Positions 38,900 through 47,826 of a DNA stretch of 64,000 bases are shown here, in pieces; positions within the stretch are counted from its first letter, which is position 1; every line of letters begins with the position of its first letter. The position numbers and the translations under genes are program-made. Below the pieces are notes generated by a model. That model ran no database searches and was not told where the DNA came from. It saw only the letters and a program-made list of their open reading frames with translations. Location of the stretch: contig JBGQBO010000007.1 in NCBI GenBank assembly GCA_041494885.1, positions 68,359 through 132,358 of the forward strand, written 5' to 3'. Source of the stretch: Terriglobia bacterium (lineage in GTDB: Bacteria > Acidobacteriota > Terriglobia > JAIQFV01).

Positions 38900-39736
38900 C
38901 TACGGCTTCGCCCCCTTGGTGTCAAAGAAATCGCGCAACGCATCTCCAAGAAAATTGAACGCCAGGACCGCCATCATCACGGCCACAGCAGGGAAGATGA
39001 CGAGATGGGGGGCATCGAAAAGGTGGATACGGCCGTCATTCAGCATGGACCCCCAACTGGGAGTTGGAGGAGGAACGCCCAGACCCAGAAAACTAAGGGT
39101 GGCCTCGGCCAGGATGGTGTTCGCCATTCCCAGGCAAGCCTGGACCACGATCGGCTGGATGGTGTTGGGAACCATGTGAATGAAGATGACCCGGCCGCTG
39201 GAAGCGCCCGAAGCGCGGGCGGCTGTGACGTAATCCATTTCCTTTGTCTTTAGGAATTGCCCGCGTGCCAGACGGGCAAACCCAATCCACCCGATCAGGG
39301 ACAGCGCCAGGATCAATCGTGAGAGACCCGGACCCAGAAAAGCGATAAAGGCGATGGCCAGCAGCACCCCCGGGAAGGCCATAAAACTGTTAATCAAAAC
39401 GAGGTTCAAAACCTGATCGAGTGTGCCGTTAAAATATCCACTGATCGCGCCAAGGTAACATCCGACCAGAAACGAGACCAGCATCACCGCCACACTGACG
39501 CTGATCGAAATTCGAGTGCCGTAAATCACCCGGGAAAGGACGTCTCGACCCAGCTCGTCACTTCCCAACCAGTGGGAGCCTGACGGGCCATTGAGCCGGC
39601 TTGCCAAATCCTGAACCGCCGGATCGTAGGGGGAAATCCATCCCGCCAACACCGCCACCGCCATCAATAGCACGATGAAGATTGCGCTGACGTAAGCGAG
39701 CCGGTTCTTCAGAAACACCGTACGAAGAAACATCAT
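38900..39736 (-). CDS. dppC: ABC transporter permease, DppC/OppC family.
   Basis: 278-aa ORF with 6 TM helices and an EAA-loop region. It overlaps the upstream permease. Confidence 0.75.
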   Translation of the reverse strand: MMFLRTVFLKNRLAYVSAIFIVLLMAVAVLAGWISPYDPAVQDLASRLNGPSGSHWLGSDELGRDVLSRVIYGTRISISVSVAVMLVSFLVGCYLGAISGYFNGTLDQVLNLVLINSFMAFPGVLLAIAFIAFLGPGLSRLILALSLIGWIGFARLARGQFLKTKEMDYVTAARASGASSGRVIFIHMVPNTIQPIVVQACLGMANTILAEATLSFLGLGVPPPTPSWGSMLNDGRIHLFDAPHLVIFPAVAVMMAVLAFNFLGDALRDFFDTKGAKP

Positions 39737-40653
39737 TCTATCCGAATACGCGGATCGACGAGGATATAGGCCATGTCCGTCAAAAAATTAACCACGATAT
39801 AAGTCAGGGCAATGGCCAAGATGCATCCCTGGACCAGGGGATAATCACGAAACTGGATCGCCTGCAGCGTGAGGCGGCCGATGCCCGGCCACGAAAAAAT
39901 GGACTCCGTGACAAAGGTTCCGGCAAGCAGGTTTCCAAATTGCAGTCCCACCACGGTTACAATGGGGATCAAGGAGTTTTTCAAAGCATGCTTGTAGAGG
40001 ACCGTGCGTCGTGGTAACCCCTTTGAGAAGGCGGTCCGGAGATAATCCTGGCCGAGTTCTTCAAGCATGGCCGAGCGGACCATTCGAGTGGTCACCGCCG
40101 CCAACCCAAGTCCGAGGGTGACCGCAGGAAGCACGAGATGTTTCAACCCGCCGATTCCAGATACCGGGAACCACATCAACTGTATTGAAAAAAGAAGTAT
40201 CAGCAGAGGCCCGAGGGCAAAGTTGGGGAGCGAAAGCCCCAGAAGTGAAACAAAACTGATCCAACGATCCTGCCCGGTATTCGATTTGACGGCTGCTTGA
40301 ACACCCGCGGGAATCGAGAACAACAAGGCCAGCACCAGGCTCGCCAGGCTGAGTTCCAAGGTTGCGGGATAACGTTTAAGCAGGGTTTTCAACACCGGTT
40401 CCTGGTAGCGAAAGGAGAGACCCAGATCGCCGTGCGCCAGGTTGTGCAGGTAATGCAAGTACTGGGTCTGGATAGATTGATCCAACCCCAGCGCGTGCCG
40501 GAGTTGTTGAACATCCGCGGGCTGGGCTCCTTCACCCAACATTTGAAGAACCGGGTCACCGGGAACGAGGTGAACCAGCAGGAAAATAAAGGTGACGACG
40601 ACAAAGATGCTGAGCCCCATGAATGCAAATCGTCGAAGGAGAATGAGCCACAT
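39733..40653 (-). CDS. dppB: ABC transporter permease, DppB/OppB family.
   Basis: 306-aa ORF with N-terminal MWLILLRRFAFMGLSIFVV and the BPD_transp_1 fold. Confidence 0.75.
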   Translation of the reverse strand: MWLILLRRFAFMGLSIFVVVTFIFLLVHLVPGDPVLQMLGEGAQPADVQQLRHALGLDQSIQTQYLHYLHNLAHGDLGLSFRYQEPVLKTLLKRYPATLELSLASLVLALLFSIPAGVQAAVKSNTGQDRWISFVSLLGLSLPNFALGPLLILLFSIQLMWFPVSGIGGLKHLVLPAVTLGLGLAAVTTRMVRSAMLEELGQDYLRTAFSKGLPRRTVLYKHALKNSLIPIVTVVGLQFGNLLAGTFVTESIFSWPGIGRLTLQAIQFRDYPLVQGCILAIALTYIVVNFLTDMAYILVDPRIRIE

Positions 40654-41507
40654 AAGTTCTGCGTTTCAGTGCCGGTTGAGTATCTGCTCCATCAATTGTC
40701 TCTGCTAACGCGATTTCTTCCCATTAAGGTCCGGGACTCCCCTTCCATACCCCGGGAGTAAGGTTCAAAACCTCCACCCTTCGATCCTGGACTCGAGCCC
40801 GTCACCCGAGCGGGCATTATAACAAAATCCCCCTCTGAGACCGACCCGACCTCATGGGCGAGTTGACCCCAGGCAACCCAAGCGCCCCCTGATGAATCAA
40901 CAGGCCTGTCGTGATAAGAGGTTGATATTTAGAAATTCATTCTGTTAGAATGTTGTCCTCTGATGAGACAGCCCTTGACCCTGACAAAGAAGCCCTTGCG
41001 CCGCGGTATGCGGCGCTTGACCGCCTTTCTAGCGCTTTGCGCTTTTTCCTTCTTTTCTTTTTCGCTGGGCCTGGAGCACACCTGCCTGACTCAGAGAGGA
41101 CCCGACTCCCCTGCACTTGCCTCAAGGATTACAAATGTGTCCGGGGGGGTTGAGGCTCCTGTTTGCTCCCGGCTCTTGGTTTCCAGCCAGCGCCGGGCGA
41201 CCACGAACCCGGGCGATGGAGTTTGCCTGGCCTGCGCCTGGTCGCAGTCACTGATCAAGCAAATTTCGATTGTACAACTCATAAGCCCTGCCCTGGTTAA
41301 TTCACTGTTGCTGACGCCTACCCAACGGATCATTCCATTTCATGATCTCTGCTGCGCAACTCTAAAACGAGGCCCTCCCAGCTTGTCCTCCGTCTAATTT
41401 CCTTTACTTCAATTGCTCAACAGTCGCCGCGTTCTACCTGCAAGATGTGTATTTCCCTTGCGGCGAGACTTTTGCCAACGCATTATCATTGTGAGGAGTG
41501 CCAATCC

Positions 41508-42809
41508 ATGTTTCCAAGGGCAAACCGTTCCATTGCCTTGGCTTTCATTGTTGTTTCATTCTTGTCCTCTCGTCTTCTGGAGGCTCAACCCCCGGCAACG
41601 CCTTCCGCCTCAAAACCGGCCTCCGTGATCACGATGAGCGTGGCCCTTCAGCTCGCCATTGAGCACAACCAGAGCATGCGAGCGCAACGCCTGAATGTGG
41701 ATCAGTCGAAGGCGAACGAGATCACGGCCGCGTTAAAGCCGAACCCTGTTTACACCACCACAAACGAGGATTTTCCGATTTTTAATCCCAATCAGCTGAT
41801 CGCAGACAATCTCCGGAACAATCAGGAGTTTCTTCAGTCGATCAGTTATACCTTCGAGCGTGGTGGAAAAAGACAGAAACGAATCACGGTGGCCCAGGAC
41901 ACGACGGACGTCGTTTCAAAAAGTGTCGCCGACTTCGAGCGCCAACTGAAATTCCAGGTGGCCCAGGCCTTCGTCAACGTGTTGCTTGCAAAATCCAGTC
42001 TAGAATTTTCGAAGGATGATCTCAAGGACTTCTCCGAGGTGGTATCGATCAACAAGAGTCGCCTCGATGCCGGGGACATTTCTGAGGCCGACTATCTGAA
42101 GATCGCCCTGCAAAAACTCCAGCTTGAACAGGATGTATCGGCCGCGGAACTGGGCCTCGAACAGAGTAAGGCGGTCTTGCGTCAACTCGTCGGATTCGAG
42201 ACGGTGGCCGAAGATTACGACGTGCTGGGCGAGTTGGGGCATAAGAAATATGTCATCGGTCCCGATGAAATCGCGCGCCAGGCGTTGCTTCAGCGTCCCG
42301 ACTTCCTGGCTGCTCAAAGCGCCGTCAAACTCGCCGACGACACCGTCGCACTCGCTTATGGCAACCGGGCGCGAGACCTCACAGGGGAATGGGAATACAA
42401 GCGCAACGGGCCGGTCAATGGAGTCGGATTCGGGTTCTCCATTGACCTGCCCGTCCATGACCGCAATCAGGGGGAAATAGCGCGCAGCAAGGTGGCCGCA
42501 CGGCAGGCCGGGGAATCACAATCGGCAGCGCGCGCCAGTGTGCTTACCGATGTCGTCAACGCCTACTCCGGTTTCAAGGCGAATGATCGTATCGTGTCCC
42601 TCTATGAATCGGGCTATCTCGAACAGGCCACCCAGTCCCGACAAATCAGCAACTACGCCTATCGCAAAGGAGCCACCAGCTTGCTTGATTTGCTCGACGC
42701 CGAGCGAAGCTACCGCGCTGTTCAACTTGCTTATCGTCAGGCCCTGTCCGCTTACATGCTCAGCGCTGAACAAATCAACCTAGTGGTCGGAAAGCAGGTG
42801 TTGCAATGA
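41508..42809 (+). CDS. czcC: TolC-family outer membrane efflux protein (CzcC-like), set 2.
   Basis: ATG at 41508 with GAGGAG RBS. Signal peptide plus OEP repeats. Confidence 0.8.
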   Translation: MFPRANRSIALAFIVVSFLSSRLLEAQPPATPSASKPASVITMSVALQLAIEHNQSMRAQRLNVDQSKANEITAALKPNPVYTTTNEDFPIFNPNQLIADNLRNNQEFLQSISYTFERGGKRQKRITVAQDTTDVVSKSVADFERQLKFQVAQAFVNVLLAKSSLEFSKDDLKDFSEVVSINKSRLDAGDISEADYLKIALQKLQLEQDVSAAELGLEQSKAVLRQLVGFETVAEDYDVLGELGHKKYVIGPDEIARQALLQRPDFLAAQSAVKLADDTVALAYGNRARDLTGEWEYKRNGPVNGVGFGFSIDLPVHDRNQGEIARSKVAARQAGESQSAARASVLTDVVNAYSGFKANDRIVSLYESGYLEQATQSRQISNYAYRKGATSLLDLLDAERSYRAVQLAYRQALSAYMLSAEQINLVVGKQVLQ

Positions 42810-44017
42810 CAAACACTCAACGAAGAACCGCGGATGAACTGGAGAAATTCGTTCCGGGGAGGAGTCGCTGCCTGGCTCTTCTCCTCTCGGGCCTTTTGGC
42901 AATGATGGCGGGTGCATGCAGCACGTCGAAGGAAGCCACACGTTCCGCCGCGCACGAAGCCGAGAATAACGAACCCAGCTTGTTCGTCATCCCTGCAAAC
43001 CAGCTCCCGCATCTTCAAATCATCCCGGTTCAGAAGGCCGCCTGGGCACTCACGATTCGCACCACGGGGACTGTCGACTGGGATAACGACCACACCACAC
43101 CCACGATCACGCAGGTGACCGGGCCGATTACCCGGATTCTGGCGGACACCGGGGCAGAGGTCAGGGTGGGACAGCCGCTCCTGGAGGTTTCAAGCCCCGA
43201 TGTGACCGGCGCCATCGCAGCGTACCGGGTGGCGAGGAATCGCCTGAATCTCGCGACTTCGACTCTGAACCGGAGCCGGGACTTGTTGGATCATCACGCC
43301 CTATCGCAGAAGGATTTCGAAGGCGCTCAAGCCGACTATAACGATGCCACCACACAGGTTCAAACCAGCCTGCAGGCATTGCGAATCTTCGGAATCACCC
43401 AAAAAGAGATCGAAGAAGGCGAAAAACAGGGCGTCCCCATTAATCCTCAACTGACCGTGAGAGCCCCCATCAGCGGGATGGTGGTTCAGAAGCTCGTATT
43501 TCCCGGCCAACTCATCCAGGCCGGCGCCACCACCTGCTTCCTGATCAGCAACGTGTCGACCGTGTGGGTTCAGGGTCACATTTATGAAAAGGATTTGACC
43601 TCCGTGCGGGTGGGAGATCTTGTGGATGAGACGAATACGGCTGTCTCCGAGAACTTTCACGGGGTCATTTCTTACATTGGGGCGATGGTGGACCCCGCGA
43701 CTCGCACGACCCCGGTCCGGATTGTCACACGCAATCGCAATGGGCTCCTGAAAAAGGACTTGTTCATGGACGTCGTCATTCACACCCGCACCAAGAAGGA
43801 TGTCCTCGCAGTGCCCGCCTCCGCCGTTCTCTATAACGCGGAGAATCAGCCTTTTGTTTACACCCAAGTGGAGGCCGATAAATTTGCTCAACGGTTGGTC
43901 ACCATTGGGTCTCAACAGAAAAATCAAATGGAAATCGTGAGCGGGTTGAAAGAGGGGGACAAGATCGTGTCGGAAGGGAGCCTCTTCCTGCAGTTTGCCA
44001 ACAGCTATCAGCATTAG
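42806..44017 (+). CDS. czcB: Efflux RND periplasmic adaptor subunit (CzcB-like), set 2, without an N-terminal HMBD.
   Basis: 403-aa ORF with HlyD/MFP barrel-sandwich motifs. Its start overlaps the czcC stop. Confidence 0.8.
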   Translation: MTNTQRRTADELEKFVPGRSRCLALLLSGLLAMMAGACSTSKEATRSAAHEAENNEPSLFVIPANQLPHLQIIPVQKAAWALTIRTTGTVDWDNDHTTPTITQVTGPITRILADTGAEVRVGQPLLEVSSPDVTGAIAAYRVARNRLNLATSTLNRSRDLLDHHALSQKDFEGAQADYNDATTQVQTSLQALRIFGITQKEIEEGEKQGVPINPQLTVRAPISGMVVQKLVFPGQLIQAGATTCFLISNVSTVWVQGHIYEKDLTSVRVGDLVDETNTAVSENFHGVISYIGAMVDPATRTTPVRIVTRNRNGLLKKDLFMDVVIHTRTKKDVLAVPASAVLYNAENQPFVYTQVEADKFAQRLVTIGSQQKNQMEIVSGLKEGDKIVSEGSLFLQFANSYQH

Positions 44018-44101
44018 TGGGTGGGGCGCGGCCCGCTTGGTCATCCACCGCGGCCGGGACCGGGAGGCTTCCCTGGGCCTCGCGTTCCAGAGAAAACATC
44101 T

Positions 44102-47100
44102 ATGATCAATCGCATCGTATCCTTCGCGCTTTCCCAGCGGTTTCTCATTATCATGACCATGATCTTCTTGATGATCTGGGGGATCATTTCGTTTCAAAAG
44201 CTGCCCATTGATGCGTATCCCGATCTTTCGCCGCCGCACGTGCAAATCATCACTCAATGGCCGGGCCACGCGGCCGAGGAGGTGGAGCGGCTCATTACCA
44301 TCCCGATCGAACTGGAAATGAATGGGATCCCCCAACTTCAGGCCCTGCGCTCGATCTCCCTGTACGGGCTGTCCTCGGTCCAAATGAACTTCCAGTACGA
44401 TACGGATCCTTATTTTGTACGCGAGCAGTCGTTCGAAAGACTCCCCAACGCCGCGGTGCCGGCGGGCATCCAGCCCACCCTCGCTCCCTTGTTCAGCCCG
44501 AGTGGATTGATTTATCGTTATGTCCTCCAAAGTCCCGACCGGACGCCTCAGGAGTTGAAGACTTTTGAAGATTGGGTGGTGGAACGGCATTATCGCGCCA
44601 TCCAGGGTGTGGCTGACGATTCAGGCTTTGGTGGAGCAACGATGCAGTACCACGTCCTCCTGGATCCGAACAAGCTCCTCTCCTACAGTGTCACGGTCCC
44701 TCAGGTTGTCCAGCAGCTGGGCAATAACAACGCCAACGCGGGGGGAGGGTTCTATTCATCCGGGGGCCAGTTTTACTATGTCCGGGGCCTGGGCCTGGTG
44801 AGCACCCCTCAGGACATCGGAAACATCGTCGTCGCGACGCACAACGGGATCCCCACTTATGTCCGGGATGTGGGCAAAGTCGAGATTGGGCACGCCGTGC
44901 GACTGGGCCAGTTCGGCTACATGAAGCAGGACGACGCCGTTGAGGGTGTGATTCTCATGCGGGTGGGCGAGCAGGCGCAGGTGGTTCTCGACAAGGTGGA
45001 GCAGGTGACTGAAGACTTGAACAAAAACGTCCTCCCCCCGGATGTGAAGGTCGTCCCCTTTTACGACCGGCACTATCTCATCGAGGAAACAACACGCACG
45101 GTGGAAAAGAATCTCCTGCTCGGCATGGGGCTGGTCCTGATCATCCTGGGCTTGCTTCTGTTCAGTGTCCGCACGGCGTTGATTGTGGCGGTGACCATCC
45201 CCTTCTCTCTTCTGTTTTCATTCATCTGTCTGGACTGGAAACACATTCCGGCCAACTTGCTTTCGATTGGGGCCATTGACTTCGGCATCATCGTCGATGG
45301 CGCGGTGGTCATGGTCGAGAATATCTTTCGCGAACTCGCGGCGCGCCGCGAACAGGAGTACCACCTTATCGACGTCATCCGCGCGGCGGCGCGGGATGTG
45401 GAACGGCCGATTTTCTATGCGATTGCCGTAATCATTGCCGGGTACCTGCCTATTTACGCACTGACGGGGCCTGCCGGAAGGCTGTTTCAGCCAATGGCCG
45501 ACACGATGTCTTTTGCCCTGGTGGGGTCGTTGATCTGCTCGCTGACACTGCTTCCGGTCCTTTGTTTCTTCTTTCTACGGAAACACATCAAGGAGCCCGA
45601 CGTCAGGATCTATGAGCGCCTTCGCAGTCTCTACGGAGTGGCGCTGGCCTGGTGTCTGAAGCACCGCGCGGTCACTACCTTGATTTGCCTGGGAATCTTC
45701 GGGGCCTCCCTGCTGCTGATCCCTTTCATCGGTGCGGAGTTCATGCCTCATCTCGACGAAGGCGCCTTATGGGTGCGCGCCACAACGCCTTACACGATTT
45801 CCTTTGATGAGGCCGCCAAACTGGCGCCGAAAATCCGGAGCATCCTGATGAGTTTCCCTCAAGTCACGACGGTCGCCAACGAATTGGGACGCCCGGACGA
45901 CGGCACCGATCCCATTGGGTTCTTCAACGATGAGTTCTACGTCGGCTTGAAGCCTTACGATGACTCTTCATGGCAGGGCGAGATTCGAACCAAGCCAAAA
46001 TTGATCGATGCCATCCAGGAAAAACTGTCCGCCTTCCCCGGAGTCATTTTTAATTACACGCAACCCGCCGAAGACGCCGTCGACGAGGCTGAAACCGGAC
46101 TGAAGAGTGCTCTGGCAGTGAAGATTTTCGGCACCGACCTTGCCACCCTGGAAAGTAAGGCCAAGGAGGTCAAGAGGATTATTTCCAGTGTGCCGGGAAT
46201 CACGCATATCAGCATTGTCCAGGAACTTGGCCAGCCCAGTCTCATTATCGTGCCGGATCGCGACAAGATCGCCCGCTTTGGCCTCAACGTCGGAGATATC
46301 AACACGCTGATCGAGACGGCGATTGGCGGAAAGGCAGCCACCCAGGTCATCCAGGGAGAACGTCAGTTTGATTTGATCGTGCGGATGCAGGAGCCCTTCC
46401 GGGAAAACATGGAGGCCATCAAAAATCTGCTGATCGCCACTCCGGACGGCCAGCATCTGCCCTTAAGCCAGTTTGCCGATATCAAGGTGAGCAACGGCGC
46501 CTCTTTTGTCTATCGTGAATCGAATTCGCGTTACATCGGGATTCAGTTCAGCGTGGAGGGCAGGGATCTGGCCAGCGCTATCGGAGAAGCGCGAAGCAAG
46601 GTGGACCAGCAGGTCAAGCTTCCTATTGGTTATTCGTTTGACTGGGGAGGTGAGTACAAGGAATACCTGGCGGCACGCTCGCAAATGAAGCTTATTGTTC
46701 CGCTGACGGTTTTGATTATTCTCCTCATCCTCTTTGCCCTCTATGGCAATATGAAATTTCCATTCATTATCATGTTTAGCGTGCTCGTCACCCAACCGGT
46801 GGGGGGCTTGCTGGCCCTCAAGCTGACCGGCACAGACTTCAGCGTTTCCTCAGGGCTTGGGTTTGTCGCCCTGATGGGCGTCGCTGTTCAAACCAGCGTG
46901 ATTCTCTACTCCTTCATCAACAAGCTTCGACTCGAAGGGAAGGATCCGCTCACAGCGACGTATGAGGCCTCGCTCCTGAGATTGCGCCCCATTCTGATGA
47001 CCGCACTCGTGGCGTGTTTCGGCCTCCTTCCTGCCGCCATGTCGACTGGGATCGGCAGCGATTCGCAAAAGCCATTTGCCATCGTTATCGTCGGCGGAAT

Positions 47101-47185
47101 GATCTCCCGCCTGCTTTTATCCATCTTTCTCGCCCCTGTTCTGTATGCCCTCGTTGCGCGCAAGGATGATGTGCTGAAGGTTTGA
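44102..47185 (+). CDS. czcA: Heavy-metal efflux RND permease (CzcA/CusA-like), set 2.
   Basis: Starts MINRIVSFALSQRFLIIMTM. Length is about 1027 aa. The C-terminus is ...GIGSDSQKPFAIVIVGGMISRLLLSIFLAPVLYALVARKDDVLKV. Confidence 0.9.
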   Translation: MINRIVSFALSQRFLIIMTMIFLMIWGIISFQKLPIDAYPDLSPPHVQIITQWPGHAAEEVERLITIPIELEMNGIPQLQALRSISLYGLSSVQMNFQYDTDPYFVREQSFERLPNAAVPAGIQPTLAPLFSPSGLIYRYVLQSPDRTPQELKTFEDWVVERHYRAIQGVADDSGFGGATMQYHVLLDPNKLLSYSVTVPQVVQQLGNNNANAGGGFYSSGGQFYYVRGLGLVSTPQDIGNIVVATHNGIPTYVRDVGKVEIGHAVRLGQFGYMKQDDAVEGVILMRVGEQAQVVLDKVEQVTEDLNKNVLPPDVKVVPFYDRHYLIEETTRTVEKNLLLGMGLVLIILGLLLFSVRTALIVAVTIPFSLLFSFICLDWKHIPANLLSIGAIDFGIIVDGAVVMVENIFRELAARREQEYHLIDVIRAAARDVERPIFYAIAVIIAGYLPIYALTGPAGRLFQPMADTMSFALVGSLICSLTLLPVLCFFFLRKHIKEPDVRIYERLRSLYGVALAWCLKHRAVTTLICLGIFGASLLLIPFIGAEFMPHLDEGALWVRATTPYTISFDEAAKLAPKIRSILMSFPQVTTVANELGRPDDGTDPIGFFNDEFYVGLKPYDDSSWQGEIRTKPKLIDAIQEKLSAFPGVIFNYTQPAEDAVDEAETGLKSALAVKIFGTDLATLESKAKEVKRIISSVPGITHISIVQELGQPSLIIVPDRDKIARFGLNVGDINTLIETAIGGKAATQVIQGERQFDLIVRMQEPFRENMEAIKNLLIATPDGQHLPLSQFADIKVSNGASFVYRESNSRYIGIQFSVEGRDLASAIGEARSKVDQQVKLPIGYSFDWGGEYKEYLAARSQMKLIVPLTVLIILLILFALYGNMKFPFIIMFSVLVTQPVGGLLALKLTGTDFSVSSGLGFVALMGVAVQTSVILYSFINKLRLEGKDPLTATYEASLLRLRPILMTALVACFGLLPAAMSTGIGSDSQKPFAIVIVGGMISRLLLSIFLAPVLYALVARKDDVLKV

Positions 47186-47368
47186 GGGGGGAGTGAATCA
47201 GGATTTGCTACCAGCAGATCCGGGTAGAGTATTGAGACCCTCCTACCCATAGGCCTGGTCTTTGAGTAGGTGTCCTGATTTGGAATCTAGGTTTAAGGAC
47301 GTTGTCATTAATCCGGTTTTTTTGTGCGTTGGCATCGACGTGGTTTTTTCTAGCTTGTTCGGGTAACT

Positions 47369-47728
47369 ATGAACTCAAAGCAGAGAGACAGGCTGCTTAT
47401 CGGAGCACTCATTGCGCAGGTTGTGGTTGTGCAGTTTGCGCTAGATGCCCACTATTACCTGCACTTGCCGAGTTTGCTCCGATCCCAACGCACGGCGTTT
47501 AAGAGTACATCCTCAGTAGTCTCCCCAACGCCTCACTCCGACTGTGAGTTTTGCAGAACCGCCCAGTCGTATCACAGCCTTGAGGCAGTCCAAACCTATC
47601 TGAGAGTCCGCATTCCTGAGGTGTTGGCAGCGCGGGAGCTCGAGGCGGAAGGGCCCTTCGCCCTTTTTGTTTTTCCCCATGCCAGCCGTGGTCCCCCTCG
47701 TTTGAATCTCCGATCAATCCCAATTTGA
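47369..47728 (+). CDS. Candidate small protein (119 aa) between czcA2 and the receptor gene, with a His/Cys-containing hydrophobic N-terminal part. An alternative 66-aa Cys-rich ORF at 47302-47502 lies in another frame.
   Basis: Hydrophobic N-terminal segment LLIGALIAQVVVVQFAL, then HYYLH and HSDCEFC. There is no clear RBS. Codon usage is more genome-like than the overlapping 47302 ORF. Confidence 0.3.
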   Translation: MNSKQRDRLLIGALIAQVVVVQFALDAHYYLHLPSLLRSQRTAFKSTSSVVSPTPHSDCEFCRTAQSYHSLEAVQTYLRVRIPEVLAARELEAEGPFALFVFPHASRGPPRLNLRSIPI

Positions 47729-47826
47729 CTCTACCCAACGAAGCCTCGATTGAACGTCGCCAAGCGCCATCATTCGAGAGCCGTATTCACATATCATCTT
47801 AAAAACATTTGGATGGGAGATTTCAT

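Noticed and set aside
43301-44590. 429-aa minus-strand ORF
   Set aside because: Antisense to czcB2/czcA2. There is no homology signal and it is a high-GC shadow ORF.
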